This document shows, piece by piece, positions 43,320-57,716 of a stretch of DNA of 64,000 nucleotides. This DNA comes from the human T2T-CHM13v2.0 reference genome, Homo sapiens: assembly GCF_009914755.1 (NCBI RefSeq), contig NC_060938.1; one strand, written 5' to 3'. The translations under genes and the position numbers were made by a program. Below the pieces are notes generated by a model. That model ran no database searches and was not told the DNA's origin. It saw only the letters and a list, made by a program, of their open reading frames with translations. Positions within the stretch are counted from its first letter, which is position 1, and every line of letters begins with the position of its first letter.

Positions 43320-44905
43320 TTCTAGACTAGCAATGTACCCAGATGCCAGAAAGAAGCAAATGCAAACTATTTCCAGAGGATAAACCTTCATTTTAGGTCT
43401 CAAATAACTCAAGACTACAAATAATTCTTCAAGAGAAATTCTCAGTGCACAATCAGAAATGACCAAACACAAAATAAAAGCTGAGAATAAGAAACAAAAG
43501 CAAACAAACAAAAAAACTAGTGTAAATATATCCTATAAGACTTCAGATATTGAAATAATCACAATAATGTAAAGAATACAAAATAATTAAGCTTACAATA
43601 TTTGAGAACTATTAGTTTAAAGCATCTTCAGGAAACAGTAACATGCTACTTTTACAACTTTAAGAAGAAAAAATTGGAAAAAAAGGAAAGTGCAAAAAAA
43701 AATTGCTACATTTATTTACAATAAAACTAACAAATTAGGGATAGAAGGAAATTCACTTAACCTGAAAAAGAGTGTCTTCAAAATCCTTAAACAAATTGCT
43801 TTTTATATGTAGATACATTGAAAACTTTCTCTTTAAGGTAAGAAATAAAGAAAAGTTGCTGATCCATACCACATCTATTAAACAATGTACTAGATGTTTT
43901 AGCCAGCCCATCAAGAAAAGAAAAAGAAGAAAAAAAGTAGATTAGGAAAAAATGAACTGTCATTATTTACAGCTAATATAATATAATTTTCTGTTACAGA
44001 AAATCCAATATGTATCAGCAGAAAAAAATTTAGCTTAAAATGCACAATGGCAATTTTTCAAGAAATAAGAACAAAATATAAAAAGTAACTATATTGTTAT
44101 AATCAAAACAAGTCAATCATAAAAATAGAAAATATTTATTAAAATTAGCCATCACCTTTCTAAAGTACACAGAAATAAATTTAACAAACGTCACAACTGA
44201 GAAAAAATTTAATATAGAGAAACATTAAAGAAGCTACAAATTATAGAGAGTATAATTTATTTTCTAAGTATGGAAGACTTACAATTATGTAGTTATTGAT
44301 TCTCCCCCAAGTTTTATATAGAGGCAATGCAATTTAAATCAAAATCTCAATAGACTTATTTGTGTGGCTTTGACAAGCTGATTCTAAAATTCAAGGACCA
44401 GGAATAGCCGTAACTCTTTTTTGTTTGTTTGTTTGTTTGTTTGTTTGTTTTTTGAGACACAGTCTCACTCTGTCACCCAGGCTGGAGTGCAGTGGCGCGA
44501 TCTTGGCTCACTGCAACCTCCCTGTCTCCTGGGTTCAAGCTATTCTCCTACCTCAGCCTCCCGAGTAGCTGGGATTACAAGCACATGCCAACATGCCCTG
44601 CTAATTTTTGTATTTTTAGTAGACACAGGGTTTTGCCATGTTGGGCAGGCTGGTCTTGAACTCCTGACCTCAAGTTATCTGCCTGCCTCAGCCTCCCAAA
44701 GTGTTGAGATTACAGGTCTGAGCCACTGTGCCCAGCCCATAACTCTCTCTTGAAGAAAAAAGAGGTTGGAGAACTTACCCAAATGTATGTAAAAAACATT
44801 ATAAGGCTATTCTTACTAAAACCAGTGTGTTATCTATGGGGAGATAGCAAATAGCTCAAGGGACAAGACTAGAAGATTCAGAAAACCATACTTAATATAT
44901 TGACA
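43320..44905 (+). mobile_element. Old L1M (L1ME-like) fragments
   Basis: A-rich ORF2 remnants (ctgtcattatttacagctaatat; tgacaagctgattctaaaattc). Confidence 0.7.
44417..44737 (-). mobile_element. AluSx/Sz
   Basis: Full dimer with a (TTTG)n tail; TSD core taactct. Confidence 0.95.
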
Positions 44906-44907
44906 CA

Positions 44908-45203
44908 TGTATTAGTTTCTTAGGGATGTTATTACAAAGTACTATAAACAGAAATCTGTTGTCTCACAGTTCTTGAGATTAGAAGTTTGAAATCAGGTGT
45001 TAGCAGGACCTTGTTCACTTTGAAACCAGTAGAGGAGCCCTTCCTTGACTCTTCCTAGCTTCTCATGGTTTGCTGACATTCGTGTTCCTTGTCTTGTAGA
45101 TGCATCACTCCAATCCTCTGGCTTCATGTGGCATTTTCTTTGTGTATCTCTGTGTCTTCATATGACCATTTTCTTATAGCAATGGTCATATTGAGTTAGG
45201 GGT
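44908..45203 (-). mobile_element. MLT1C-like LTR, truncated
   Basis: tgtattagtttcttaggg...tctcacagttct...tgtagatgcatcactccaatc. Confidence 0.75.
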
Positions 45204-45251
45204 CCATTACTTTTAATGGCAAAAATCACAATTCCTTATGCACCAACCTAG
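45204..45251. mobile_element. Half MADE1 (Hsmar1 TIR plus spacer)
   Basis: ccattacttttaatggcaaaaatcacaattccttatgcaccaacctag|ta. Confidence 0.88.
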
Positions 45252-45254
45252 TAG

Positions 45255-46358
45255 CTTTTTGGATGTGATTTTTATCTAAAGAAATGGATAGTACTTTGAT
45301 GCATAAGAAACCCATCAACTTGAACTGAGTGATAAAAGTTTAGAATCTTAAAAGGCTTTTGGGTTCTGAAATTTCTATGGGCCAGAAGATGGATCTGGAG
45401 GTGACTTTATTGTAAACCTGAACATTTCATATGGAAAAAGAAGGATGACTCACAGGGCAAAAGTGGGAGGCCAGAAATCAGAATAAGGACCCAGGGAGAA
45501 CAACCCTCAGGTTGGTGGTCTAAGATATCATCAAGGAAATGGCAAGATGGGTCTGGCTGTATTTCAGAATTTCTATGAACCAGTGACTGGACTCTTACTC
45601 TCAATTTCCCCCTTCTTTATTGAACACATCCTCTGTGTTTCTCTTGTCCCTGTTTCACCTCTGTGTGTTGGGTATGTAAAAGGATATATGCCTTGTCTCT
45701 TTAGTTGTCAGATCTTCAGCTGTAGAAGAGCCATATCTCATGAGCTTCATCCATACCTGGACATAATTTAAATGGTGGGGTCTTGGACTATGATCTTGAT
45801 TTTGTAATGGGATGAAGCTTTGTGAGAATCTGGAGTATTTGGAATGTCGGACTATTGCAATTCATTTATAATCAGAAAGAAACTGCAATGTATTAATTGT
45901 TTCAAATTCTTGGTCACTCTTCCCTCACAGAGTTGGAGTTCATTTTTCTTCTATTTGCCTCAGATGGACTGTGCCTTCTGAACCAATAGACTATGTTCCA
46001 AATGATAACATGACTGTTCTGGGTCTAGCTTTTAAGAAGACTAATGACTTTTCCTTTTTTTGTCTTTGAATGCATATGCCTGGGACACTGCCTCTTGGAA
46101 CCCAGCCCTTTTGTTTTGAGAAGTTCAAGCTATGTGGTAGAGTCACATGCAGGCCTGCCTGCTAGCCAGCACCAACTACCAGCCTTGTAAGTGAGTCTTT
46201 GAGCTCCCAGATGACTACAGTCCCAGCTAATAACTTATGGAGCGAAAGAACCAACCAACTTGATCTGGTCAGCTCGAGAACCATGAGAGATAATAAAACA
46301 GTTGTTACATTAAGCCAGTATGTTTTGGGATGGTTTATTTTGCATTGATAATTTAAAT
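45255..46358 (+). mobile_element. MLT1G/H-type internal region plus 3' LTR (LTR about 45880-46358)
   Basis: ttggaacccagcc...gagaagttcaagc...gccagcaccaactaccagcc...ccatgagagataataaaa...taagcca. Confidence 0.6.
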
Positions 46359-46686
46359 AGTTTAGGATATGATCAAATAGAACTGTTATTCTTGCTATTG
46401 TAATTGTAGCAGAAATAATGCTTAAGAAAACTCTGCTATTTAACGCAATATATCTATCCTATTGACATAATATGTAATCTCCTCATTAATTTTTTCCAAG
46501 TTTATGATTCAAAAATCTACAGAAATTTATAGTACTATAAATATATTATTTTTCAAAAGATGATTATATATTAATTCTTTCCATTTCAATAAACTGATTT
46601 GGTTTTCAAGGTAAAAAGTGAAAAAATAAGGATTGAGAAAAAAAATATGAACATTCAGTTTTTTGGTGAAGAAAGAATTCTGGTAA

Positions 46687-46997
<311 letters not shown>

Positions 46998-47643
46998 AAT
47001 TCTGGTAATTTTACAGTACAGAAAATTGTGAAGTAATATTGCATCCAGACTTATTCCATTTCTGCTGAATTTAATGTTTGTGAAGATTGCCCTACACATT
47101 TGAACCATTTTTCTACTATATTTTCATAACTTGTAATGATAATACTCTCATTCCACATTATATATTTGTTTCTATACAAAGGTCCTTCACAAGCCTCAAA
47201 TTTTTGGACACTTTTGATGACTTGTGATGTGTTGGGGGGCAAGGCAACCACAGATAACAAACACCCTGCAATTGTGGATAAGATCCTTCACAACAGAAAG
47301 GTGTCCAAACACATACACCAGCAACCCTGCTGAGAAACATTGTGCTGATATGCAAGGTTAGAAATAGTATAGACGATGCAGGCCATAAGGCAGGATAAAT
47401 GGCGAGAAACTCTCTGGGTAGATCAATCCTTAGGTGTCCCTAAATTATACCTTCCTACATGTTTTAAGTCTGTCGCTATGTAGCTTAATAAAACATAAAA
47501 TAAAATTTATATAGGCATAAGTACCCTCTACCTGATTTAATTTCCCAATTGTTAATGGTAATTCAAGAAAAATATTAAAATACACCAAAAGAAAGTTGTT
47601 AGAAGGCCCTTGATGTTCACTCATTGCATAAGCTTCCACCCAA

Positions 47644-47818
47644 TAGTGATTCTCAACCTTGGAAGCATGTTGAATCATTCTGAGTGCTTAAAGTGCCAAT
47701 GCCCAGCACTTAGTCCAGACCATTTAAACCAGCATCTTGCAGATGGAGCCCAAGCACACATATTTTTAAAAGCCACCCCAATGTAATTTCTATGTATAGG
47801 CAAGCCTGAGAACAACTA
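47644..47818 (+). mobile_element. MER5B MITE
   Basis: TIRs tagtgattctcaacc ... cctgagaacaacta; about 175 bp. Confidence 0.7.
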
Positions 47819-48044
47819 TTAAAATTTCATGGCTCCTGCTTTCACTTATACATTAATTAAGAATGGAAGAAACAGGTTTTAATTAGAATTAGATAAATAA
47901 TACTACAAACTGAGTTATGGAAAAAACATGCTACAACGAGATAAGTCTCAGCACTTGCCTTTGAAAGAACAATTGTGAAGTATTTTGCCCCATCCCAAAC
48001 CCAACCGTGATATTATATTTGTACAGAAAACTTACTGGTTCCAA

Positions 48045-48278
48045 AACTGGATTGAACTCACTTCTCCTGGGTCTCTAGCTTGCTAAATGAGACCTGTCAA
48101 CCTCTGTAATCATGTTAGCCAATTCCTTATAAATCTCTTTTTATTTTTTCCTCTCTCTTCTCTCTCTCTCTCTCTCTGTCTCTCTCTCCGTCTCTCTCTC
48201 TCTCTGTCATTCTCGCTCTTGCTCTCACTCTGTCTCACTCTCTCAGGTCTGTTTCTTTGGAGAACCCAGACTAATACA
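48045..48278 (+). mobile_element. MLT2 (C/D-like) LTR 3' part with an internal (TC)n
   Basis: ctcctgggtctctagcttgc...taatcatgttagccaattcc...tctgtttctttggagaacccagactaataca. Confidence 0.75.
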
Positions 48279-49419
48279 ATTCTAAGATTGAAAAAATATA
48301 GCTGCATTTAGGAAAACAAAACATGAAAAAGGAAACAAAAAAAAAAAAGGAAAATACAAACCACCCCCCAATACTAAAGACAAAAATACCAAATAAATAA
48401 TAAAATTATAAAAAATCATCCTATTTTGCAAGTTAATTCAAATTGTGATGCAAGCAGTAATGATATATATGCTTTAAATTGTTTCATGCAATGAAAAAGA
48501 TGAAAAGCTTTAACTTTTTTAAATCAAACATCAATATAAAATCAGTCTGAAACCAAAATTTGCACACAAGTGAAAACTACCTAACTAATCTGAGTTTGGG
48601 ATATTGATGTAGAAAAACAAAATAAAATTTAAGAACTAATTTAGCATTCCCTATTTTATTTGTATAATAGCACTTTATCTCTCTTTTTTTCTTTCTTCCC
48701 ATTGTTCCTTCCTCTCTCCTTTCTCGTTTCTTTTGGTTCAGTCTTGACAGAGATATTTCTATTTCATTTATCTTTCTCAAGAGTTGACTATTATGCAAAT
48801 TAAAATTTGCAAGATATATAGAGTTATAAGGTAAGCCTTTTGATTTCCTTGCAAATGATAAAGCCCGTTCAAACTTTTATATAGTAATGAAATAAATTAA
48901 CCAGTTCAGGACAAAAAATTTCAAGGTATGGTTTAATTCAGAACCTCAAATGAGATCATCAATACTTGTGATCCCATAATTTCTTTGTTTTAAGTTTCAC
49001 TGCATTGACTTTATATCTAGGATAAATGTGGTGGCTAAAATCAGTTTCATGCTAACAGCACCCTCATTCACCTTCTCGATGTAAACAAACAAACAAGCTA
49101 ACAAAGTACATGCTCTCCAACAGTCTCTGCAAACCTTTTATGCTATTTCAGTGTCCCTGCTTGGATCCCATACTTGTTGATGTACCAATCACTGAAACAC
49201 CATGCTATGATTGACTCCATTTGAAATACTAGTCCAGCTCTGGATCCAGACACATAGCTAACTGCATCAGATATACATCCACTAGAAGAAAGTCAGAATT
49301 AAAAGAGCTGTGTATGGTAGGATGTTGGTGGTAAAAATTACAAATTTTCTTAGTAGTAGACAAATACAAGCTTTTAATTTAGTTGAGTTTTGAATTTAGT
49401 AAATTAATCTCTTAATTTA

Positions 49420-49607
49420 CTTTTTATAAGGATACCGTGTGACTATCATATTGGATTAGAGGCCACTGTTCTCTAGTGTCACCTCACTGTAACTTGACTA
49501 ATTACATCTGCAACAACTCTATTTCCAAACAAGGTAACATTCTGAAGCATTAGGGCATAGGATTTCAATATATGAATATTTGAGGGAACACAATTCAACC
49601 CATAACA
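49420..49607 (-). mobile_element. MLT1 (A-C) LTR 5' fragment
   Basis: aattacatctgcaac...tatttccaaacaagg...acacaattcaacccataaca. Confidence 0.75.
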
Positions 49608-51370
49608 GCAACATTCAAATAAATCTTTAAAATTTCCTTAATGCATCTAGTACATTTAAGGAATATGATTAGTTTAGAAATATAGTGAGTGGTCTTAATG
49701 TTTGAAAGTAAACATTTTCCAACGGCATCACTCTATACTCTCTAGCTGCCTTCATTTGCATTCTATTAACAGAAATCAGAAAGACACAGTATGTCTCAAA
49801 CAAAAAAAAGCAACGATTTAAAACTAAATGTTTACTGACTCACCACAGTTAATGAAGTCAGAGAGAAAAGCTAAAGCACTGTTTACTGCCATTAAATAAT
49901 AATTTGTCTCAACCTTCCATCTGGGAGAGATATATGAGCAGTTTGTTGTTCAGCATGATATTGGAATTTTACAGGCAAGAAAAGTCAGGGAATTATTGAA
50001 GAAATTATTTTAAATAGAATATTTTCAAAGTTTTGGATATGATTGCTCAATTAGATTCTTTTTAGGCATTATCTAAAAAAATAGAAAATAATTTCAAAAC
50101 AACAAAAAGTAAATAAACCCCTTTAAGTAAGTACATATTGGAAAGAATGATGGTATACACTTAGGTAAAACTTTTCAATAACTTTTCATGCCACATTAGT
50201 GGCTTTTCATTTAGCTTCAAACACAGCATCCACCTCTTTACCTAACCAACATTAAAGTCTAACCAAGATTAATTCTGATGTTTCCTCACCATCTTACCTC
50301 CTGACTTCACTTCATCATGACAACTCAATTACCTTGCATTTTCCTATTTTTACACATATGATTATGATGCCTTTTGCTTAGAGCTTTGCAGCTCAGGTAT
50401 ATCCATTGATTAACTGAACTTAGTTTTTGGTTACCAAACTTAGTAAACACACCTATATTTTCTATTTGCCCACATTCAATTTTAGAAACCTTAACCATAC
50501 TCACAGAATTATCAAAAGTAATACCTAAAAGCTATATGATATCAGTCTATTTCTTTTAAAAAAAGAACTAGTAACTACTAGAGACTGCTAATTTGAATGA
50601 CATTTTAAAAACTATTTGAAAAAAATAATAATAATCTTCTCTATTCTGACTTGACTCACTCTACTTTCTTTCATAGGGGTTTATGTTCTAACCACCTGAT
50701 TTCAAAACGTTTTGAAATAATGTGCTAAAAAAAAATTTGGGAACTTTATTATCCTTTTTTTTTAAAAAAAATGAAAAAACATTTCTATTGATCAATTTAG
50801 GCTTTGAAGAGCTTGTTTGTGTTATCTTGATTATTTTAATTTTAGCAACCTATGCTGTTTTTAACCTTCACCTAAGGACATTAATTTATGATATCCTTTT
50901 GTGGTATTTTTACAATCAAATATTACATCTTTGCAAATTGCTTGGTCAAGAAAGCAGTTCTCTAATTTTTCTGTTAATTTTCTTATATTTAAATATAAGT
51001 AAATTGTGGTTGAAGTTGTTATTTGTATTTTGTTTTATTTCTTTGTTTTTTAAAAAGTCTAGTTCTGCAGGAACCTGGGAAGGAACCACATAAACGACAT
51101 TTCCCTCCTTGAGTCAGAAATTATTAATATATTAAGCCAGTATATATATTAAATCATATAAATAATAATATATATAATATTATATTATGTTTTGATATTA
51201 TTAGGGCTTAGGTTAAGTTTTCAAGATAACAGTCAAATCAAAGGTATAGTCAATGCTCATGAAGTATTCATGAAACAGAAGGGGTAGTAATGCCAGAGTA
51301 AAGCCATGACATCTAGTTAACTTTTAATTTTAGATACACAATGAATGTCTTTTTTCAAAAAAGTGTGTAT

Positions 51371-51718
<348 letters not shown>

Positions 51719-51719
51719 T

Positions 51720-53712
51720 TAACAAATTTCTGAAATTACTTCACTAAACTGAGTAAGGAAAAATGTTTTTGCACTAAGTAACTTTGGAAATGAAGAGATG
51801 TCGCAAAACTCAAGGCAAAAGAAACTTCACATAAGCACCGTGCTTTAGTTGGTAAATTTACTTTTTTATAAGAGCATAGGTTAACAATTCTACTACCACT
51901 ATATGTGTATGCTGGAACAATTAAATAAATGGATGCTGAATAGTAGGAACCCCTTCTCACTGTAGGAGTGAGAGGTTGCAAGTAAGGGGAGCTGGTTAAA
52001 AAAAAGATCAATGTGTAAATATATTTAAGTTGAAGAAATCAGTATAAACTCATGTTCACCTTAATATAGATATAAATGCTTACATAGAGAAGTATTTATG
52101 GATATTAATATATGTACATGTACAGATTAATATACACACATATTTATCTTTGCTTTGTTAGGCGAAGAAGCTATAGCAGCAAGGACTTCCCAGAAGCAAC
52201 AAGCCCATCTGCCTCCCAGATCCTTAGTTCTAATACTATTCTACAACAAAAGAAACTAGGGTTCCTTGTAGAAATGACTGATAGCCTATTCTAGAACTCA
52301 GGCAAGAAATATACCTGATGAGCCCACAGCATCTTGTAATGCATGAAGTAAGAAAGTGCTAAACACACAGACACATATACTAATGGGGGTATGTCAAAGG
52401 GACATAGGAGCCAACCGAAAGAGTTCCTAATGATCATAGTTGGAACAATTTGCCAAGTAAATTAATTACTGTGAAATTATAACCTAACATATACAATAAA
52501 TATTGACAAGTCCACACCAATATAAGTGACAGAATGGATAAATAGTATACATGGAGGAGAAGAGACAATTCTCTCTTGTAAAAAAAAAAAATAATGTATT
52601 TAGGTACTCTAGCTTTTTACAGTTCTGCAGGTTGGAAGTTCAACAAAGGTCTCACTAGGGAAAATCCAGATGGAGACAGAGCTACATTTCTTTTGGGGAG
52701 TTTTAGCGGTGAGTTCTTTTCTATGCCTTTGCCAACTTCTAGAAGCGGCCCACATTATCTTGGCTCATGGCCCCTTTCTGCATCATCAAAGTAGGCAACA
52801 TTACATCTCAATGACTATTCTTCCATAGTCACAGTTTTTTTCCTGATTCTCTTCCACTTTTAAGGGCCTTTGTAATAAATTGGTCCCACCTGAAAAACTG
52901 AAGATGTCCTCCCTATTTTGAGGTCAACTGATTAACAATCTTAATTCCATTTGAACTTTAATTTATCTTGCAATGTTAAATGACTTATTCAGAGATTTTA
53001 GGAATTAGGAAATGCAATTACACTCTATGGGAACCTTTATTGGGTCTACGACATCCCTCAAGCAGGTGGGACATAACTCCCCACTCCTTAACTGCATAGT
53101 GACTTCCTTCCAAAGAACACAGTGTGGAAATGGGTATAAAAAAGTATGTTGTAGAAGAAATCTGATCTGTATTTCTTCAGCCACATGATAAAAGTTAACA
53201 CCAACCATGATGTCATGTTGCTGATATGTATCCTTGATTTTATGTGATGTAAATGACACTTTACTCTGTTATCTTCCTCCCAAAAAATACAACCTAGTTT
53301 AATTATAAGAAAAACATGAGAGAAATTCCAGTTAAAGGACATGCTACAAAATACCTGGCCAACACTACTCTGAAATGAAAGGTCATCAAAAACAATTTCA
53401 TGTAACTGTCTAAGAAACAGTTACAGCCAACGGTTCTCCCAAGAAGAAATGATGAGTAAGTTTAATGTAGTATTCTGGCTGGAATCATGAAACAGCAAAG
53501 GATATTAAGAAAAAAAAACCTGAGGAAATCTGAAATTAGTATGGACTTCAGTTAATAATAGTGTGTCAATATTCGTTCATTAATTATAATAAATGTATCA
53601 CACTAATGTAAGATGTTAACAATAGGGGAAACTTAGTGTGGGTATTTGAGACCTCTTTGAACTATCTTCATAACTTTTCACTAAACTAAAATTGTTCTAA
53701 AAATTAAAAAAT
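51720..53712 (+). mobile_element. L1MC/L1MD long 3'UTR
   Basis: gtaactttggaaatg...gggggtatgtcaaagggac...taactccccactcctt...taggggaaact...3' end. Confidence 0.85.
52610..53052 (-). mobile_element. MLT1D-like LTR inside the L1
   Basis: acagttctgcaggttggaag...cttggctcatggcccc...aggtcaactgatta. Confidence 0.75.
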
Positions 53713-54600
53713 AATTCAGTGACATAGAAAGCTATAAATGCCCTGCTGTGAAACCTAAGAAAAGCACCTAACCCAAACTGAAAAGGTCACAAGCATCATC
53801 TTTTTTTTTCCAGTGGATTTAGCTAATAAACATAAACATATGGAATGAAAAGAAATGAACAATGTCGATCCTGATTCTCCTCCAGACAAATGGAATGTTG
53901 ACTCATTGGAAGGCATGAATGAATTAAACCAGGGCAACCTAAACAATAGCAAATGAGACAGAACTGGGAAAGAGAATGGTTCAGTGAGAGAGTGTTAAGT
54001 GAAAGGTAAAAGAGTAGGATGAAACGAGGTCATGTAGGACATGATATTAAGCATTTTCTATTCCATTTTATCAGGGAAGACAATATATTTTCTATTTTAA
54101 AAATCCCTCAAAATGACAGCCTCTTTGATAAGCTTGTAGTTATGTTTAACCCTAAATCCAACCCTCTGAAATTTTAGCAATTTCTGCTTATTTGTCTTCA
54201 GCAGAGCAACTTGACCAAAGCAATAAGTCACTTCATAAGTGAGGTTTTTCCACAGGCTTCTTTATTTCCCTCACCATTGGCCATCAGGCACACAGCCCAG
54301 TTTAAAAGACATTGACAAGGAATATCCCCAGGGCTAGATGCCTGTTTCAAAGCTTGAAGTAGTTATCTGTATTAGACCATTCTTGTATTACTGTAAAGAA
54401 ATACCTGAGACTGGGTAATTTATAAGAAAAAGAGGTTTAATTTGCTCATGGTTCTGCAGGCTATACAGAAGCACAGCTCTAGCATCAGCTTCTGGGGAGG
54501 GCTCAGGAAGCTAATAATCACAGCAGAAGGTGAAATGGGAGCAGGCATGTCACATGGTAGAAGCAGGAGCAAAAGAGAATGAGGAGGTGCCACACACTTT

Positions 54601-54833
54601 CTAAATTTTTTCTTTTTAATTTTCATGGGTACATAGTATGTGTATATACTTATGAGGTACATTAGATGTTTTGATACAGGCATGCAATATGAAATAGTTA
54701 CATCATGGAAAATGGGGTATCCGTGCCCTCAAGCATTTATTCTTTGTGTTACAAAAAATCTAATTACATTCTTTTAGTTATTTTAAAGTGTATAAATAAG
54801 CTGTTATTGACTATAGTCATGCTGTTTGCTACC
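54601..54833 (-). mobile_element. L1MA1/2-like 3' end
   Basis: tgggtacatagta...tgttttgatacaggcatgcaat...ccctcaagcattta; TSD about aggtgc(c/t)aca...cttt at 54585-54600 and 55320-55335. Confidence 0.85.
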
Positions 54834-55214
54834 TGTGATGGTTAATACTGAGTGTCAACTTGATTGAAGGATGCAAAGAACTGATCCTGGGTATGCCTGT
54901 CAGGGTGTTGCCAAAGGAGATTAACATTTCAGTCAGTGGACTGGGAAAGGCAGACCCACCCTTATTCTGGGTGGGCACCATCTAATCAGCTTCCAGTCCA
55001 GCTAGAATATAAAGCAGGCAGAAAAACGTGAAAAAACCAGACTGGCCTAGCCACTCAGGCTACATCTTTCTCCTGTGCCCGATGTTTCCTCACCTTGAAC
55101 ATTGGACTCCGTGTTCTTCAGTTTGGGGACTCAGACTGACTCCCCTTGCTCCTCAACTTGCAGACGGCATATTATGGGACCTTGTGATTGTGTGAGTTAA
55201 TACTTAAGAAACTC

Positions 55215-55268
<54 letters not shown>

Positions 55269-55304
55269 TCTATTAGTTCTGTCCCTCTAGAGAACTCTAA
55301 TGCA
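54834..55304 (+). mobile_element. MLT2A1/A2 (HERVL) solo LTR with an internal (TA)n(TG)n
   Basis: tgtgatggttaatactgagtgtcaacttgattg...gtccctctagagaac; 5-bp TSD ctacc at 54829-54833 and 55305-55309. Confidence 0.92.
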
Positions 55305-56289
55305 CTACCCAAAAAAGAAAGGTGCTACATGCTTTTAAACAACCAGATCTCATGAGAACTCATTCACTATCAGGAAGACAGACCAAGGGGATGGTAACCA
55401 TTCATGAGAAACCATTCAAGAGAAACCACTCCCATGATCCAATCACCTCCCACCAGGCCCTACCTCCAACACTGGGGATTACAATTCAACATCAGATTTC
55501 GGTGGGGACACAGATCCAAACCATATCACCGTCTGAACCTTTAAGAAAATGTTTTCCTATCCTGTCCAAGATATCATTTTTTTCACTAAAAAAATGACAT
55601 AGCAATCAAACAATGTACATTATATAGGTTCCCTGATTAATAGCGTAATCTGTTGAGTATTTCACTTACTTATGTTTGCAACTCCTATTTGCCACGATGA
55701 GGCATGGTTAGTTTTCTACTTCTATTTGTTCTGTAATGCAGTTATAATAATTTCAGTGATATCAAAGAGGTTATTGAAAGCACTATTATAGACAAATTAA
55801 CAAAAGGAATAATGGTTTCTGGGAGAAAGAATGAAGACATTAAGGAAATAAATTAAAGGATAAGGAAAACTACATCTTATTAAGTGTAAAAATGAGTCCT
55901 ACGTTTCTGGGACTTGTAATGTTAGTATATTTTGCAGTGGTTATGTCTGTTTTGTGGAAAAACTTGACGATTCATTCACGTATTCTTATCCTATAATAAC
56001 TGTTGAAGTTAATTCAAGGTGTCTTACTATTGGAACTGCCTCTGCCCTTTAATAGGAATACATTTCACATGATTAGTAGATTGTAGTGAAGCAAGGTATC
56101 TCATCAAATAACACACAAAAATGTAAGGCTCTTCCCCAGTGAAAACCAGAAATAATAATTATATGCATGTGTGTATACAAGATATACATATATATACACA
56201 CACACGTATATATTTACATATCCTTCAGACAAAGTAATATTTTTACTTATTGTACTATCTTGACTAGTTACTATATTTAGAAACATTCA

Positions 56290-57240
56290 GTTACCAAACC
56301 TTGTCTTGAAGGATTTCTTAAATTTCTCATTGTATTTTTCAGCAATGGAATTTCTGCCTTTTTTTTTAATCTCTCTATTAAATTATTTGTTTTGGTCACT
56401 TATTGTTTTCCTCATTTCACAGAGTTGTTTCTCTGCACTTTCTTGAGGCTTAAAGAGCTTCCTTAAACAATTATTTTGAAGTCTTTGTCAGGCAGTTTAT
56501 GTATATTCATTACTTTAGGACCAGTCACTGTCAGTATTTTTTCTGTTTAGCAATGTCCTGTTTCCCTGATTTTTCTTGATCTTTGTGGTTGCACATTGAT
56601 GTTTGTACATTTCAAGAAGTAGATACTTATTCCAGTTATAGACTGGCTTTGCCTTGGAATGCTCTGTGGCAGATGTGATGTGAGGGTGTGTCAGAAGCTC
56701 AAGACCACTAAGGCCTGCCTACTGCTAAGGGCTGTGCAAAGCCAGGGGCTCCTGTAGTCAAGTTGCCAGTGGTGCAGGCCAGAGATCAAGTTTGTCATAC
56801 AGGCTTGAAGCCTGGGACTGTGTGGTGCCATCTGCTGCTGGAATAAGTGTAGAGACAGTTTTTCAGTACATCCTTGGAATATGGGGGAATGGGGGGGTCT
56901 GCCCAGTGCTGAGTTTTACTATGGTTTGCTTATTGTTGGGATCCAAAGCAAGATCTTATACTCACTTTCCTCTCTTTCCCCCAAGCAGACAGTGTCTCTC
57001 TTCATGGTGTGCAGACTGGGCTTGGGGTAGGGAAAATCTGGGTAACATAAAACTGACCAACCTACCCTCTTTAATGTGTATTTTCTTATTACTGTGCTAC
57101 AATCACATGCTGTGAACTATCACCAGGTATTTTTTTTCTTGTTTGGCTCTTATGAAGGTATTTTAATGTATGGATAAATTTTTAAATTCATGTTTCTCCA
57201 GGGCAACAATCATTGGAGAGTCATACCCCATCATCTGCAA
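56290..57240 (-). mobile_element. Old L1M 5'/ORF1 region
   Basis: taaacaattattttgaagtctttgtcaggcag...tgtttccctgatttttc...gaagtagatacttattccagt. Confidence 0.6.
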
Positions 57241-57716
57241 GGATTTCTTAAATTTATAGGGAAGGTCAGAAGGAATAATCAAGAAACTAAAGGCACACTT
57301 CATTTTCTTATTGACCTTTGCTTTATTGTGCTTTGCAGATATACATTTTTTTACATACTGAAGTTTTCCAGCAACCTCATTTCAAGCAAGTCTACCAGTG
57401 CCACTTTTCCAACAGCATGTGCTCACAGATAATTCATGTATCTGTGTCACATATTGGTAATTCTCATGATACTTCAAACTTTCTCATTTTTGTATTTGTT
57501 ATGGTGATCTGTGATCAATTATCTATAATGTTGCTATTGTGATCGTTTTAGGGAGTCATTAATTGTGCCCATATAACATGGCAAACATAATCAATTAATG
57601 TCATGTGTGTTCTGGCTGCTCCACCAAACAGCCATTCCCCAATCTCTCTTCCTCTGCTGGGCCACTCTATTCTCTGAGACAACAATATTGAAATCAGGCC
57701 AAATAATAATTCTAAG

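Larger units (their letters stand above)
54368..55528 (-). mobile_element. MSTA-like LTR hosting nested L1MA and MLT2A
   Basis: tgtattagaccattc...aaatacctgagactgggtaatttata; resumes ttttaaacaaccagatctc...ggtggggacacagatccaaaccatatca. Confidence 0.9.
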
